Below, one piece after another: positions 1 to 10,336 of a stretch of 25,872 bases of DNA. Made by a program: the position numbers and the translations under genes. Where the stretch lies: NCBI GenBank assembly GCA_030141605.1, contig JAQGDQ010001776.1, forward strand, positions 1-25,872, given 5' to 3'. Position 1 is the stretch's first letter; each line of letters opens with the position of its first letter. Under the pieces are notes generated by a model. The model saw only the letters and a list, made by a program, of their open reading frames with translations. It searched no databases and had not been told where the DNA came from. Origin of the DNA: Tubiluchus corallicola. Lineage: Eukaryota; Animalia; Priapulida.

Positions 1-82
1 CCACTGCCGATTGAAGTCCCGCGATGACCGTTACATGCAGCCATTTTAATGGTAGGTCGTTTGAAACAAGTTTAAATAACAT

Positions 83-1004
83 TTTCTCTTCTTTGATCGT
101 TTCTTCTCCTCTTGGTCGTTTCTTCTCCTCTTGGTCGTTTCTTCTCCTCTTGGTCGTTTCTTCCCCTCTTGGTCGTTTCTTCTCCTCTTGGTCGTTTCTT
201 CTCCTCTTTGATCGTTTCTTCTCCTCTTGGTCGTTTCTTCTGCTCTTTGATCGTTTCTTCTCCTCTTGGTCGTTTCTTCTCCTCTTGGTCGTTTCTTCTG
301 CTCTTTGATCGTTTCTTCTGCTCTTTGATCGTTTCTTCTCCTCTTTGGTCGTTTCTTCTCCTCTTTGGTAGTTTCTTCTCCTCTTTGGTCGCTTCTTCTC
401 CTCTTTGGTCGTTTCTTCTCCTCTTTGGTCGTTTCTTCTGCTCTTTGATCGTTTCTTCTCCTCTTGGTCGTTTCTTCTGCTCTTTGATCGTTTCTTCTCC
501 TCTTTGGTCGTTTCTTCTCCTCTTTGGTCGTTTCTTCTGCTCTTTGATCGTTTCTTCTCCTCTTCGGTCGTTTCTTCTCCTCTTTGGTCGTTTCTTCTCC
601 TCTTGGTCGTTTCTTCTCCTCTTTGGTCGTTTCTTCCCCTCTTTGGTCGTTTCTTCTCCTCTTGGTCGTTTCTTCTCCTCTTGGTCGTTTCTTCTCCTCT
701 TGGTCGTTTCTTCTCCTCTTTGGTCGTTTCTTCTTCTCTTTTCCTTCTTCCTATCCCAATCTTACTATTTTTTCCATTCCATCATGTCTACTAACCCTAA
801 CCATTCTTTCATTAACTCATTTCTGCCACCCTAACAAGCCAAGCTTTCAAGGTGTCATACAGCAACTCTTTTATTTGGTTAATTTGACTTCATCAACGTT
901 TTTTTTTACATATACTGTTTCTTTTTGTTTCAGTAATATTGTATGTTGATGTATTGTATATGTATTGCTGGAGTGAAATAAATTGACTGAATTGAATTGA
1001 ATTG
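83..1004 (+). mobile_element. 5'-truncated non-LTR retroelement 3' end (LINE/SINE-like), copy 1
   Basis: A 20-21-bp array is followed by about 270 bp of unique sequence ending AATAAA-ttgactg-(AATTG)3, the short-repeat tail type known from CR1/L2-clade LINEs. A near-identical inverted copy lies at 2692-3308. Confidence 0.6.
84..736. repeat. 20-21-bp tandem repeat (TTGGTCGTTTCTTCTCCTCT[T]), about 32 copies
   Basis: Directly visible periodicity, which explains the overlapping ORFs at 24-949. Confidence 0.97.
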
Positions 1005-1445
1005 GAGCATTCGTAGCACAGATGGTGCTAACTAAGCAAAATTTAAAATTACTGTATCTTGTCAATAAGATTGAAAATACATTTTTGGTTAATGAATGAC
1101 GCATCGTAGTGAGTGAGCCAGAGACATTATACCAATTGCCACGAACGTTTTAAATTTTTATTTCTAAATACGTAAGTCTTTCTAGCAGCTAAGCGAAATA
1201 CTAAGTAATATGGATTTGCATGGATAGTTTTTTCGGACATAATTTAACATTGCCTTTTCTTCCCCTGATTTACGTTTGCGTGGGTGACGTCATGCAATGG
1301 CGCCGTCAGAACAATATTGCGGGAAATTTAAAATGAAGACAAACAAAAACTCTTCTTAACATGAGTAAGATATGTGCATAAAATTACTGTAAAGTAATAT
1401 AATTTTTTTAAGGCGATTTTACTGAAACTTATTTTTCTTGTCCTA
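1005..1445. mobile_element. Interspersed repeat family A, 3' part (5' part at about 15-82, split by the retroelement insertion)
   Basis: Aligns by eye with 6785-7225 (shared AATTTAACATTGCCTTTTCTTCCC, GTGACGTCATG.AATGGCGCCGTC). Bases 15-82 align with about 6690-6756. Confidence 0.8.
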
Positions 1446-1801
1446 TGACATAGTTGCGGTAAAGACAATCTTTTGCCAGTGTACTTCAGCGCTTTGCTGT
1501 AGTAAAAGATCTACCGGTTTTTAAAGAAATTTGTCTTTCTTTATGAATATGACGTTTTTGTAAAGCTATTAAAATTAGTTTTAGTAGTAAATGGTATGTG
1601 ATCATTATCAGGCTCTGCTGATAGTGGTTTCTATGACATGTAGGTAATATACTGCTTATAATCCGTAAAGTCAAATAACAGTCCATTTGCGTGGTTTTAT
1701 TTGCGTATTTACTAATAATAACCGATTTGTTATTAATTTTGCTAAATTTTATTGTTAAGTTTCTGTAATTACTGATCGACCAAAATCGATATTCATCTGA
1801 A

Positions 1802-1981
1802 TGTTGTTGTTGTCGTCTTCGTCGTCGCTGTTACTGCTGCTGTTGTTGTTGTTGTTGTTGCTGCTGCTGCTGGTGTTGTTGTTGCTGTGGCTGCTGCTGC
1901 TGTTGCTGTTGCTGTTGTTGTTGTTGCTGCTGCTGCTGTTGTTGTTGTTGTTGTTGTTGCTGTTGTTGCTGTTACTGCTGC

Positions 1982-2012
<31 letters not shown>

Positions 2013-2119
2013 GCTGCTGCTGGTGTTGTTGTTGCTGTGGCTGCTGCTGCTGTTGCTGTTGTTGTTGTTGCTGCTGCTGCTGTTGTTGTTATTGTTGTTG
2101 TTGTTGTTGCTGTCGTTGC

Positions 2120-2150
<31 letters not shown>

Positions 2151-2221
2151 GCCGTTGTTGTTGTTGTTGTTGTTGTTGCTGCTGTTGCTACTGTTGTTGC
2201 TGTTGCTGCCGCTGCCGCCGC
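1802..2221. repeat. Compound (GTT/GCT)n trinucleotide microsatellite, about 420 bp
   Basis: Directly visible; produces the poly-L, poly-V/A and poly-T/A ORFs. Confidence 0.98.
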
Positions 2222-2691
2222 GTGAATCATTTATCGTTAAGAAACTTTATGCGTCTATACTAGGGCGAATTTCGCATCGACTGACAGAATTGGATTCTTG
2301 ATCTGCTATTTTCACTTCAAGACTGAAAATTAACTACATTAAGGCGAAATTAACATCGTTTTCAAAAAATGCCTAAACTTTCGTTTGTTGAAAGCAGTTC
2401 AAAGTTTCGCACACATGTACTAGAAAGATAGACTCTTCTGTCTACCGTCATTTTTAAACGGATCGTAATGAAACTGGGAACGAATACGCTAGGACAAATT
2501 TCGCATCTTTTGACTGAGTCACAGTTTTCATCCACTGTTATGAGTTCATTTCGAGTTGACCTTTATTCTTGCTTGACCTTTTTCTGTACTTTGCAAAATA
2601 GCGTTTACGTTTCTGCATGCCAAGGGTTTATAGCCTTCTCTTTTGTGATCACGCATATTAAATTTCAAGCTGCAGTTAATTTCTAAGATTA

Positions 2692-3308
2692 CAATTCAAT
2701 TCAATTCAGTCAATTTATTTCACTCCAGCAATACATATACAATACATCAACATACAATATTACTGAAACAAAAAGAAACAGTATAAGTAAAAAAACGTTG
2801 ATGAAGTCAAATTAACCAAATAAAAGAGTTGCTGTATGACACCTTGAAAGCTTGGCTTGTTAAGGTGGCACAAATGAGTGAATGAACGAATGGTTAGGGT
2901 TAGTAGACATGATGGAATGGAAAAAATAGTAAGATTAGGGATAGGAAGAGGGAAAAGAGGAGAAGAAACGACCAAGAGGAGAAGAAGCGACCAAGAGGAG
3001 AAGAAAAGACCAAAGAGGAGAAGAAGCGACCAAGAGGAGAAGAAACGACCAAAGAGGAGAAGAAACGACCAAAGAGGAGAAGAAACGACCAAGAGGAGAA
3101 GAAACGACCAAAGAAGAGAAGAAACGACCAAAGAGGAGAAGAAACGACCAAGAGGAGAAGAAACGACCAAAGAGGAGAAGAAACGACCAAAGAGGAGAAG
3201 AAACGACCAAAGAGGAGAAGAAACGACCAAGAGGAGAAGAAACGACCAAAGAGGAGAAGAAGCGACCAAAGAGGAGAAGAAACGACCAAAGAGGAGAAGA
3301 AACGACCA
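2692..3308 (-). mobile_element. 5'-truncated non-LTR retroelement 3' end, copy 2 (inverted relative to copy 1)
   Basis: 2692-2955 is the reverse complement of about 736-1004 with only scattered differences. The same array follows but is shorter. Confidence 0.6.
2955..3308. repeat. 20-21-bp tandem repeat (AAGAGGAGAAGAAACGACCA[A]), about 17 copies
   Basis: Reverse complement of the 84-736 unit. Confidence 0.97.
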
Positions 3309-3497
3309 GTACTTTCCAGCACCGTCCAAACTGATAATATATCTTAACAGAACCCAGATCAATAACCGTGTTTTTATTATTCATTAATAATTTACCAAAA
3401 ACAACAACAAATTTTGAGTGTAACCTATGTCTAACTAATGTATAAGATAAATGCTTGTGTAAGGCGAAGTACGATATTTGGTTCAGACATCAAGATA

Positions 3498-3895
3498 TTA
3501 TTGGTTTTACAAGTCAAATGTAGACACAGGAAAGTTCAAATGTGACCTAGGTAAGTCACATGTACACATAGGAATTTCGAATGTGTTTTGGTAACTCAAA
3601 TGTGACTTAGGTAAGTCAAATGTAGACATAGGAAAGTTCAAATGTGACTTAGGTAAGTCAAATGTAGACATAGGAAAGTTCAAATGCGACTTAGGTAAGT
3701 CAAATGTAGACATAAGACATTTGACTTGACATGTGTCTACATTTGACTTACCAAAAGCGCTCAAGATTTGTTGAAAACCATTGTTAACACATTTGAACTG
3801 CCTAAATCTACATTTGAGTTACCAAGACACATTTGAATTACCTAAATCTACATTTGAGTTAACACAGGTATACATTTGACATGTAAAACCTATAA
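3498..3895. mobile_element. Foldback-like MITE with 28-bp imperfect TIRs and tandem subterminal repeats
   Basis: Left TTATTGGTTTTACAAGTCAAATGTAGAC versus right-end reverse complement TTATAGGTTTTACATGTCAAATGTATAC. The TCAAATGT motif is repeated about every 20 bp to 3710 and then inverted (ACATTTGA) to 3880. Confidence 0.75.
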
Positions 3896-4925
3896 CAGAA
3901 TGTTTCACTTTTGTAGGTTGTGCTGCAACTCAAAAGTCAGTACGCGTAGTAACTGGCTGTCGTTGTTGACTACAGTTACGAGTAATAAAATTTATGCAAC
4001 CGAAATCGGATGCGAGAAGCTAGTGTTAACAGATTCTAACGCGAGTTTGCAAATACCTTCAACGAAAACGAGTGCCTTCTACTTATGCGAATTTTGTTTT
4101 ATTGGTGGCGCTCGCAGCATAAAGTAGTCCTAGCTGTGTAAAAGCACAGGATGTGAAATTAATGCGCTCCTGCTTTGGATCAACCTCTGCAGGTTTTGCT
4201 GATTGCTTGGATATTTACGTATTGATTGCCCGGCATAAAAACGGCTGTCCTTATTTACGACGATTCATCCAAAGCACGCAAGCATGTGCCCACAATATCT
4301 CTTACATTCTTGTGCGAATCGACATGTTTGCGGCTCTTACCGGAATCAGTTGAATGCAGACGCGGCAGCTGCGGCATGCATCCTTGAAAAAAACTCGCGC
4401 ACTTTCAATCGAGCCTCTTTGCATCAGGGAAACTGTTCTGTAATGAGCTACTCGTGGTGTGAGAAGTGCAGCGAAGCCCTACAGCTATGCGATCCACTGT
4501 TTTCGTAATAGTGGATAATGAGTGCATAGGAAAGTGGGGCAGTGGCGTGTGAAGGAAGTTAATTGGTGTGATGAATCCGCATCTCCAGCGACCGCAGAGT
4601 GAAGATGCGCTCATTATCAATCAACATGCTAGTTGCTGGGAACCTCATTTATGCAGACTGTTGCTAAGTTTTGATCGACTTCGTGTTGTGGCTCTGTGGC
4701 TGTTGTAGTTACTGTGGCGCGTGGTTTTGTGATAGGTCTAATAAATGCAGTGAAACTTGAAAAGTGAGGATTATTTTCAGTCGTACCATTAGGTGGGCAA
4801 CGCATTCGGCAATGCACTGATCTACAACATATTTGTACTTACCAGGCGAACGTGCTCGATAAACAAGTTTGTTTTTCATGAATATTATTTGCAACAGTTT
4901 GAGGAAACTTATTGCATTATCGCAG

Positions 4926-5082
4926 AAGAAAAAGTCAAAATGCCCATAAATCTCAAAAATTCCTTGTTTTTTCAGGGCTTTCATCCTCCGGGATTTCATC
5001 AGCTGCATTGAAAGATGCGAGAAGACGAAAGCTCCTAAAAAGTAAGGAATTTTTACGATTTGAGGCATTTTGACTTTTTCTT
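4926..5082. repeat. About 157-bp imperfect palindrome (hairpin MITE-like)
   Basis: AAGAAAAAGTCAAAATGCC...AAAAATTCCTT at 4926-4966 pairs with AAGGAATTTTT...GGCATTTTGACTTTTTCTT at 5044-5082. Pairing continues inward to a centre near 5000-5008. Confidence 0.8.
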
Positions 5083-5865
5083 TTATGACTATGACCATGG
5101 CAGGTCTCAGAAGACCACCATCTTGTTTTGAATCTTATTGGAATCGACCTATAATTTGCCTAAGTGATACCAACCTCTATATGTCTTTCCTAGATACAGG
5201 CAATTACTTTTTGTTTTACGACGTTTCTAATTTGATTAGGTTAGCCTATATGTTAGAGTTGTGATTGTTAGCTGAGCCTACATTTCATAATTGCTACACC
5301 ATTCGAATTAGAATCTTGCATTGTATGTAAATTGTAACTGTAATTTATTATCACTTCAGCATGTATTTTTACATTACAATTTGCATTATTATCTTTATAA
5401 CTATTATGCCCTATAACTAGAAAATGAAATATAGTTACAATAATTGTAAAAGAACTACATTAGTATACTATAGCATGATATAGTTAGGGAAAAAATTCCA
5501 AATATAATTACAAAAATTTAACAGAAGTATACTAACATATTTACTAAACTACATAATAGTTTGTCAACAAGAAATATATGCTGCATGGTGGTCAAGAAGC
5601 AAAGCTTGTAAGACCATCAAGAAAAGTGAAAAAACGACTTAATTTACAAGAGAGAGAATTATAGAAAAACAGGTAGTAGGCGTTTGGTGACCAAAACTTC
5701 GATGAACGAAACTGTAGGTGTTTCCGTGTAGCTTTTGGCTTAGTTATAAAAGAAGAACCTACCTAAACGTTATTAGGCTATACGAAGGATATAAACTAGA
5801 CAGATGATGACTCGGTGATAGATGTCTAAACTTTGAAGCACAAGAAAAACTCTTCATAAATAAAA

Positions 5866-6310
5866 CTTAAAAAATTCGTCTCAAAATTTCATATCACGAT
5901 CATGCTGCCTTATTGCATAAAGGGCTTGTGTTTGGCAGTAACGCTGTATAAAACTTGTAATTTAGACTCCGAGATGACCACAAAGCGCAGCCATTTTAAC
6001 AGTAAGTAGTTTAAAAGAAGTTTAACAAGTTTAAAAAATAATCCGAACATTCGTAGCACACTCCTCTGTAACTGAGCGAATTACATTATATTATCAATAA
6101 AAGCAATAATGTGTTGTTTACGGTCAAGCAGTGCTGCACGCTGGGATGATGACGTAGTACCGTTTTACGAAGAGGCGGGAAGATTTTAAATTATTAAGAA
6201 TTTTTTTCTAACTACATAAGTCTTTCAAGCAGGTAAGCGTAATGCTAAGTAATATAACTTTACACAGAAAGTTCTTTGGAATTTACTATAAAATTCCTTT
6301 TTCTTTCCCT
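5866..6310. mobile_element. Interspersed repeat family A, older diverged partial copy
   Basis: Shares TATAAAACTTGTAA, GCCATTTTAA, AAAAAATAATC.GAACATTCGT and ATGCTAAGTAATATA with 6590-7040. Confidence 0.7.
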
Positions 6311-6589
6311 TTGACGGGCTAATAAGGGGAAAGGTAGTCCGTTGTAACCGATAGTCCGTTATAATCGAACACGTACACCACCCATCATCATCCCATATAC
6401 AACTGTTCTTAATGGAAAAAACACCTGTAAAATAAGAAGTTTAGTTTAGTCACTTAGACGTCACGTAACCGCTCAACGAACGAATGAACTGAAAGGTTAT
6501 ACTGGTAGATTAGTAGCCTTTGAATAAGCCGATTTTAATGATAAGCAGCTTCTCACTATAAGTTTCTGGTGACCTTCAGTTGCATTAAG

Positions 6590-7228
6590 CTTAAAAATTC
6601 GTCTTGAAACTTTACACCACTTACGTACTGCCTTTTTGCACGTAGGATATGCGTCGGTAGTAATGATTTATAAAACTTGTAAATTTAAACTTCTGCGATG
6701 ACAGTTAGGCGTAGCCATTTTAATGGTAGGTCATTTGGTACAAGTTTAGATAGCATCGTGTGAAGTTTGAAAAAATAATCAGAACATTCGTGACACACGT
6801 GTTGCAAACTAAAATTTTAAATTACTGTATTTTGTCAATAAAGTTAAAAATACGTTTTGGCTAGCAAGTGGCGCACCCTGGAGGGTGCGTTAGCGACATT
6901 TTACCAACTGGCACAAAACATTTAAATATTATGTCCAGTTACATAAGTGTTTTCAACAGGTAAGTGAAATGCTAAGTAATATAGATTCGCACGGAAAGTT
7001 TTTTGGGACGTAATTTAACATTGCCTTTTCTTCCCTTGATTTACTTTTGCGTAGTGACGTCATGTAATGGCGCCGTCGGAACAGTATTGCGGGAGATTTG
7101 AAATGAAAACAAACGAAATTTCCTTTTAACGCGAGCACGATATACGCATAAAATTGCTGTGAAGTAGTATAATTTTTAAGGCTATTTTTCTGCAACCTAC
7201 ATCAGGTGTCCCTTTTCTTGTCCTTTAA
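6590..7228. mobile_element. Interspersed repeat family A, uninterrupted copy; probable non-autonomous DNA transposon
   Basis: Homologous to 15-82 plus 1005-1445 and to 5866-6310. The right end is ...TTGTCCT|TTAA, a CCT terminus next to TTAA as in Kolobok-type elements. The left terminus was not located. Confidence 0.65.
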
Positions 7229-7970
7229 AATTGCACAGTAGAACAAGTGAGAATGTATCAAAGGGAGAATTAGAAGTCTGAATTTATTAAGTTTACTGAA
7301 TGCAAGGGCCTGTTATCCATTAAGCTAACTATTCTGTAGCCGAGGGTGACAACGTTAGAGGGCGCTAAATTGTTAGGGACCCAGGGTTAAAAACAAATTA
7401 TTCTTAATGTTGTCTTCACAAAATGAGTATTTTTGCATATTTCATTTAAAGCGCGAATATGCATGATTAGTTTTGAGCACATTATATTCAGAGTATTCTT
7501 AGCTAATTATTTCTCGTTGCTAAACTAATTAAATTTAATGCTTCAGTCCGGCAGCATTGATTAAGGTTATCGAAAGGGCACTACTTGACACAGAAGTTGG
7601 CACTAGGACAGCTATTGGGTCAATTGACCTAATTTACACTCTCGTGAGTGTTGATTGTAGATTGTGACTGTTTATCTTACATTTTAACAGCATTACGTCA
7701 TTATTTCAAGTGCATAAATGGTTCACGTTTCTTATAAATTCTCACAATTGAACACGATACCTATTGGGCCAACTAACCCATTCCTTCATAAATGAACACG
7801 TAAGTTACGCAGGTATTAATAACGAATATTTACACTGATAGTAATTTCAATTACTTTTTTTTGCAAGAAGATTCTAAACTGTAGTATTCTAACTGTAATA
7901 CTTAAAATACCTGCAGTTGTAGCACACTACAGTCAATTACTGAGTCTAGTTTTATATAAGTGCTGTGTAA

Positions 7971-8470
7971 CTAGCGAGTGTAGTTTGCACTATTATATAC
8001 TACGCAATTTGCACAATTAATATATAAATTCCTAGAGTCCCACAGGGCGACGCTAGAACGTTTTTCCCGCAGGCTGTTTGGTCAAAATTTCGAAAAAATC
8101 GCGAGTTGGGTCCGGGAAAACGCCCGTTGCGGGACGCCGCGGCCCTCTCGGGAATTCTAAATATGCCTACTACACCCACCGCTGAACGGTCTATCTATCC
8201 ATACCCACTACCCCCCTCGGCCCGTTCCCGTTCTCTACATCTCAGCCGTATAACTTTTGCAATTTTTTGCAAAAAACAGTCGAAAAAGGGCCATTTTTGG
8301 AGGTTTTTCGCCGCCCCTTCCTTCCGGTGGGCCCGATTCGAAAAATAAACCATCAATGGCACGACACTAGACCTTTCGTTTGATATATAGATCGCCGCAA
8401 ATGGTGCCGTCGTCCGAGCTGTAGCCTCGAATCTTATATATATATATACCAAGAATATTAATATAAGAGA
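7971..8470 (-). mobile_element. Non-autonomous Helitron-like element
   Basis: On the minus strand the 5' end is A|TCTCTTATAT and the 3' end is hairpin AGTGCAAACTACACT followed by CTAG|T, i.e. TC...CTAG inserted between A and T with no TSD. The body is GC-rich within AT-rich flanks. Confidence 0.55.
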
Positions 8471-9195
8471 TTGTACTACACCACAAGCGGGAATAGGCGG
8501 ACTAAGGCACCTTGTTCGTTACAAATTTTGCTATATTGTAGAGCCACAAGCGGAAACAATATTGCACAAAATATCATGAAGCCTCGAAAGTTCAGAATCA
8601 CTCATTTTTGCTAAAGTCGTTTAAAAGTTGCATTCAAAATTTCGTTACGAGATGACTCCTGAACAAATATCGATCTAAATACAGAATCAGTAGTTGCTGC
8701 AACATCAAACACAGACTTTGAAAGGTGCAAAAGTCCTCCTTTTGATTTGGCTTTAACAAATTAGGACCGTGTCTTACATATCTTTTCGTCAACGGGTTCG
8801 TTGGGACTACCGCTACAACTAGCCCACGTGCACAGCTGGGTTAGGACGCAACCAGATCACGTGCCTTCCCGACCTGTCTTTTGAAAGGACCTTGGGCGGG
8901 ACAGTTCACTATCCGCCTAGGACATTCTAATGTTTTAATGCGCCCTTACTGGATGGCTTGTACATCTGTCAGAATGTAGAAACCTGATTGTGGCTTTCCC
9001 ATTACTGTAATTTAATAACCATTTTCACGAATCAGTTTGTCACGGGGCTAACTGACCAGGGGGTAATTAATTTATCGTGTATAGAAAGTGTATTTTAAAA
9101 TAGATTGTGTCATTCGTGTGTAGTGTGAGATAAACGAGCTACAGTACATCACACGCCTGTGAGGGGTCGCGGTATAGACGCCTACAGCTGACGCT

Positions 9196-10336
9196 ATAAT
9201 AATAATAATTTCGATTAGGACATGGTCCAGGGATAACACCATAAATAATTCAGCACTTATTTCCAAGATGGTACCGATTAGGACATAGTCCAGGGATAAC
9301 ACCATAAATAATTCAGTACTTATTTCCAAGATGGTCCCAATTAGGACATAGTCCAGGGATAACACTATAAATAATTCAGTACTTATTTCCAAGGTGGTCC
9401 CGATTAGGACATAGTCCAGGGATAACACCATAAATGATTCAATACTTATTTCCAAGATGGTCCCAATTAGGACATAGTCCAGGGATAACACCATAAATAA
9501 TTCAGTACTTATTTCCAAGGTGGTCCCGATTAGGACATAGGCCAGGGATAACACCATAAATAATTCAGTACTTATTTCCAAGGTGGTACCGATTAGGATA
9601 TAGTCCAGGGATAACACCATAAATAATTCAGTACTTATTTCCAAGGTGGTCCCGATTAGGACATAGGCCAGGGATAACACCATAAATAATTCAGTACTTA
9701 TTTCCAAGGTGGTACCGATTAGGATATAGTCCAGGGATAACACCATAAATAATTCAGTACTTATTTCCAAGGTGGTCCCGATTAGGACATAGGCCAGGGA
9801 TAACACCATAAATAATTCAGTACTTATTTCCAAGGTGGTACCGATTAGGATATAGTCCAGGGATAACACCATAAATAATTCAGTACTTATTTCCAAGGTG
9901 GTCCCGATTAGGACATAGGCCAGGGATAACACCATAAATAATTCAGTACTTATTTCCAAGGTGGTACCGATTAGGACATGGTCCAGGGATAACACCATAA
10001 ATAATTCAGTACTTATTTCCAAGGTGGTACCGATTAGGACATAGTTCAGGGATAACACCATAAATAATTCAGTACTTATTTCCAAGATGGTCTCGATTAG
10101 GACATAGGCCAGGGATAACACCATAAATAATTCAGTACTTATTTCCAAGATGGCCCCGATTAGGACATAGTCCAGGGATAACACCTTAAGTAATTCAGTA
10201 CTTATTTCCAAGATGGTCAAGCATTATTACCCGCATGTCCGCGTGCTTGGTGGAAGAACTACCATTTTTTAACTTAATGATGTGACTAGGTTGAGAGGTG
10301 AACTCGACGAGCATGGTACCATTAAGCTACGCCACC
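9196..10336 (-). mobile_element. tRNA-headed SINE-like element with tandemly amplified 3' segment and (ATT)n tail
   Basis: Minus strand reads A-box-like GGTGGCGTAGCTTAATGG (10336-10319), a degenerate B-box-like GAGTTCACCTC, and GTCACATC..TTAAAAAATGGTAG..AAGCACGC resembling a recalled Meta-type SINE central domain. Then come 16 x 63 bp and ATTATTATTATTAT. Confidence 0.5.
9210..10217. repeat. 63-bp minisatellite, 16 copies
   Basis: Unit CCCGATTAGGACATAGTCCAGGGATAACACCATAAATAATTCAGTACTTATTTCCAAGGTGGT. The 16 units can be counted in the 21-aa periodic ORF 9072-10220. Confidence 0.97.

Noticed and set aside
790-803. Telomeric CTAACCCTAACC motif (also 2892-2903)
   Set aside because: Only two units, inside the retroelement 3' region; not an interstitial telomere array.
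24-949. Overlapping S/F/L-rich ORFs, and the mirror ORFs at 2760-3387 including the R/E/K-rich one
   Set aside because: They are translations of a stop-free 20-21-bp tandem repeat, open in several frames on both strands.
1793-2301. Poly-T/A mucin-like, poly-L and poly-V/A ORFs; possible polyQ exon
   Set aside because: This is a pure trinucleotide microsatellite. The Q frame contains TAG/TAA, and there is no supporting splice context or non-repetitive coding flank.
8032-8430. CpG-island promoter
   Set aside because: The GC-rich block lies within Helitron-like termini and about 3 kb from the nearest start codon, so a mobile element is the simpler explanation.
9072-10220. 382-aa ORF of 21-aa hydrophobic repeats
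   Set aside because: It is open only because the 63-bp unit is a stop-free multiple of three. It starts at TTG, and the SINE-like head and (ATT)n tail explain the region better.
10260-10336. tRNA gene on the minus strand
   Set aside because: An A-box is present, but no cloverleaf can be built and the B-box is degenerate. It was treated as a SINE head.
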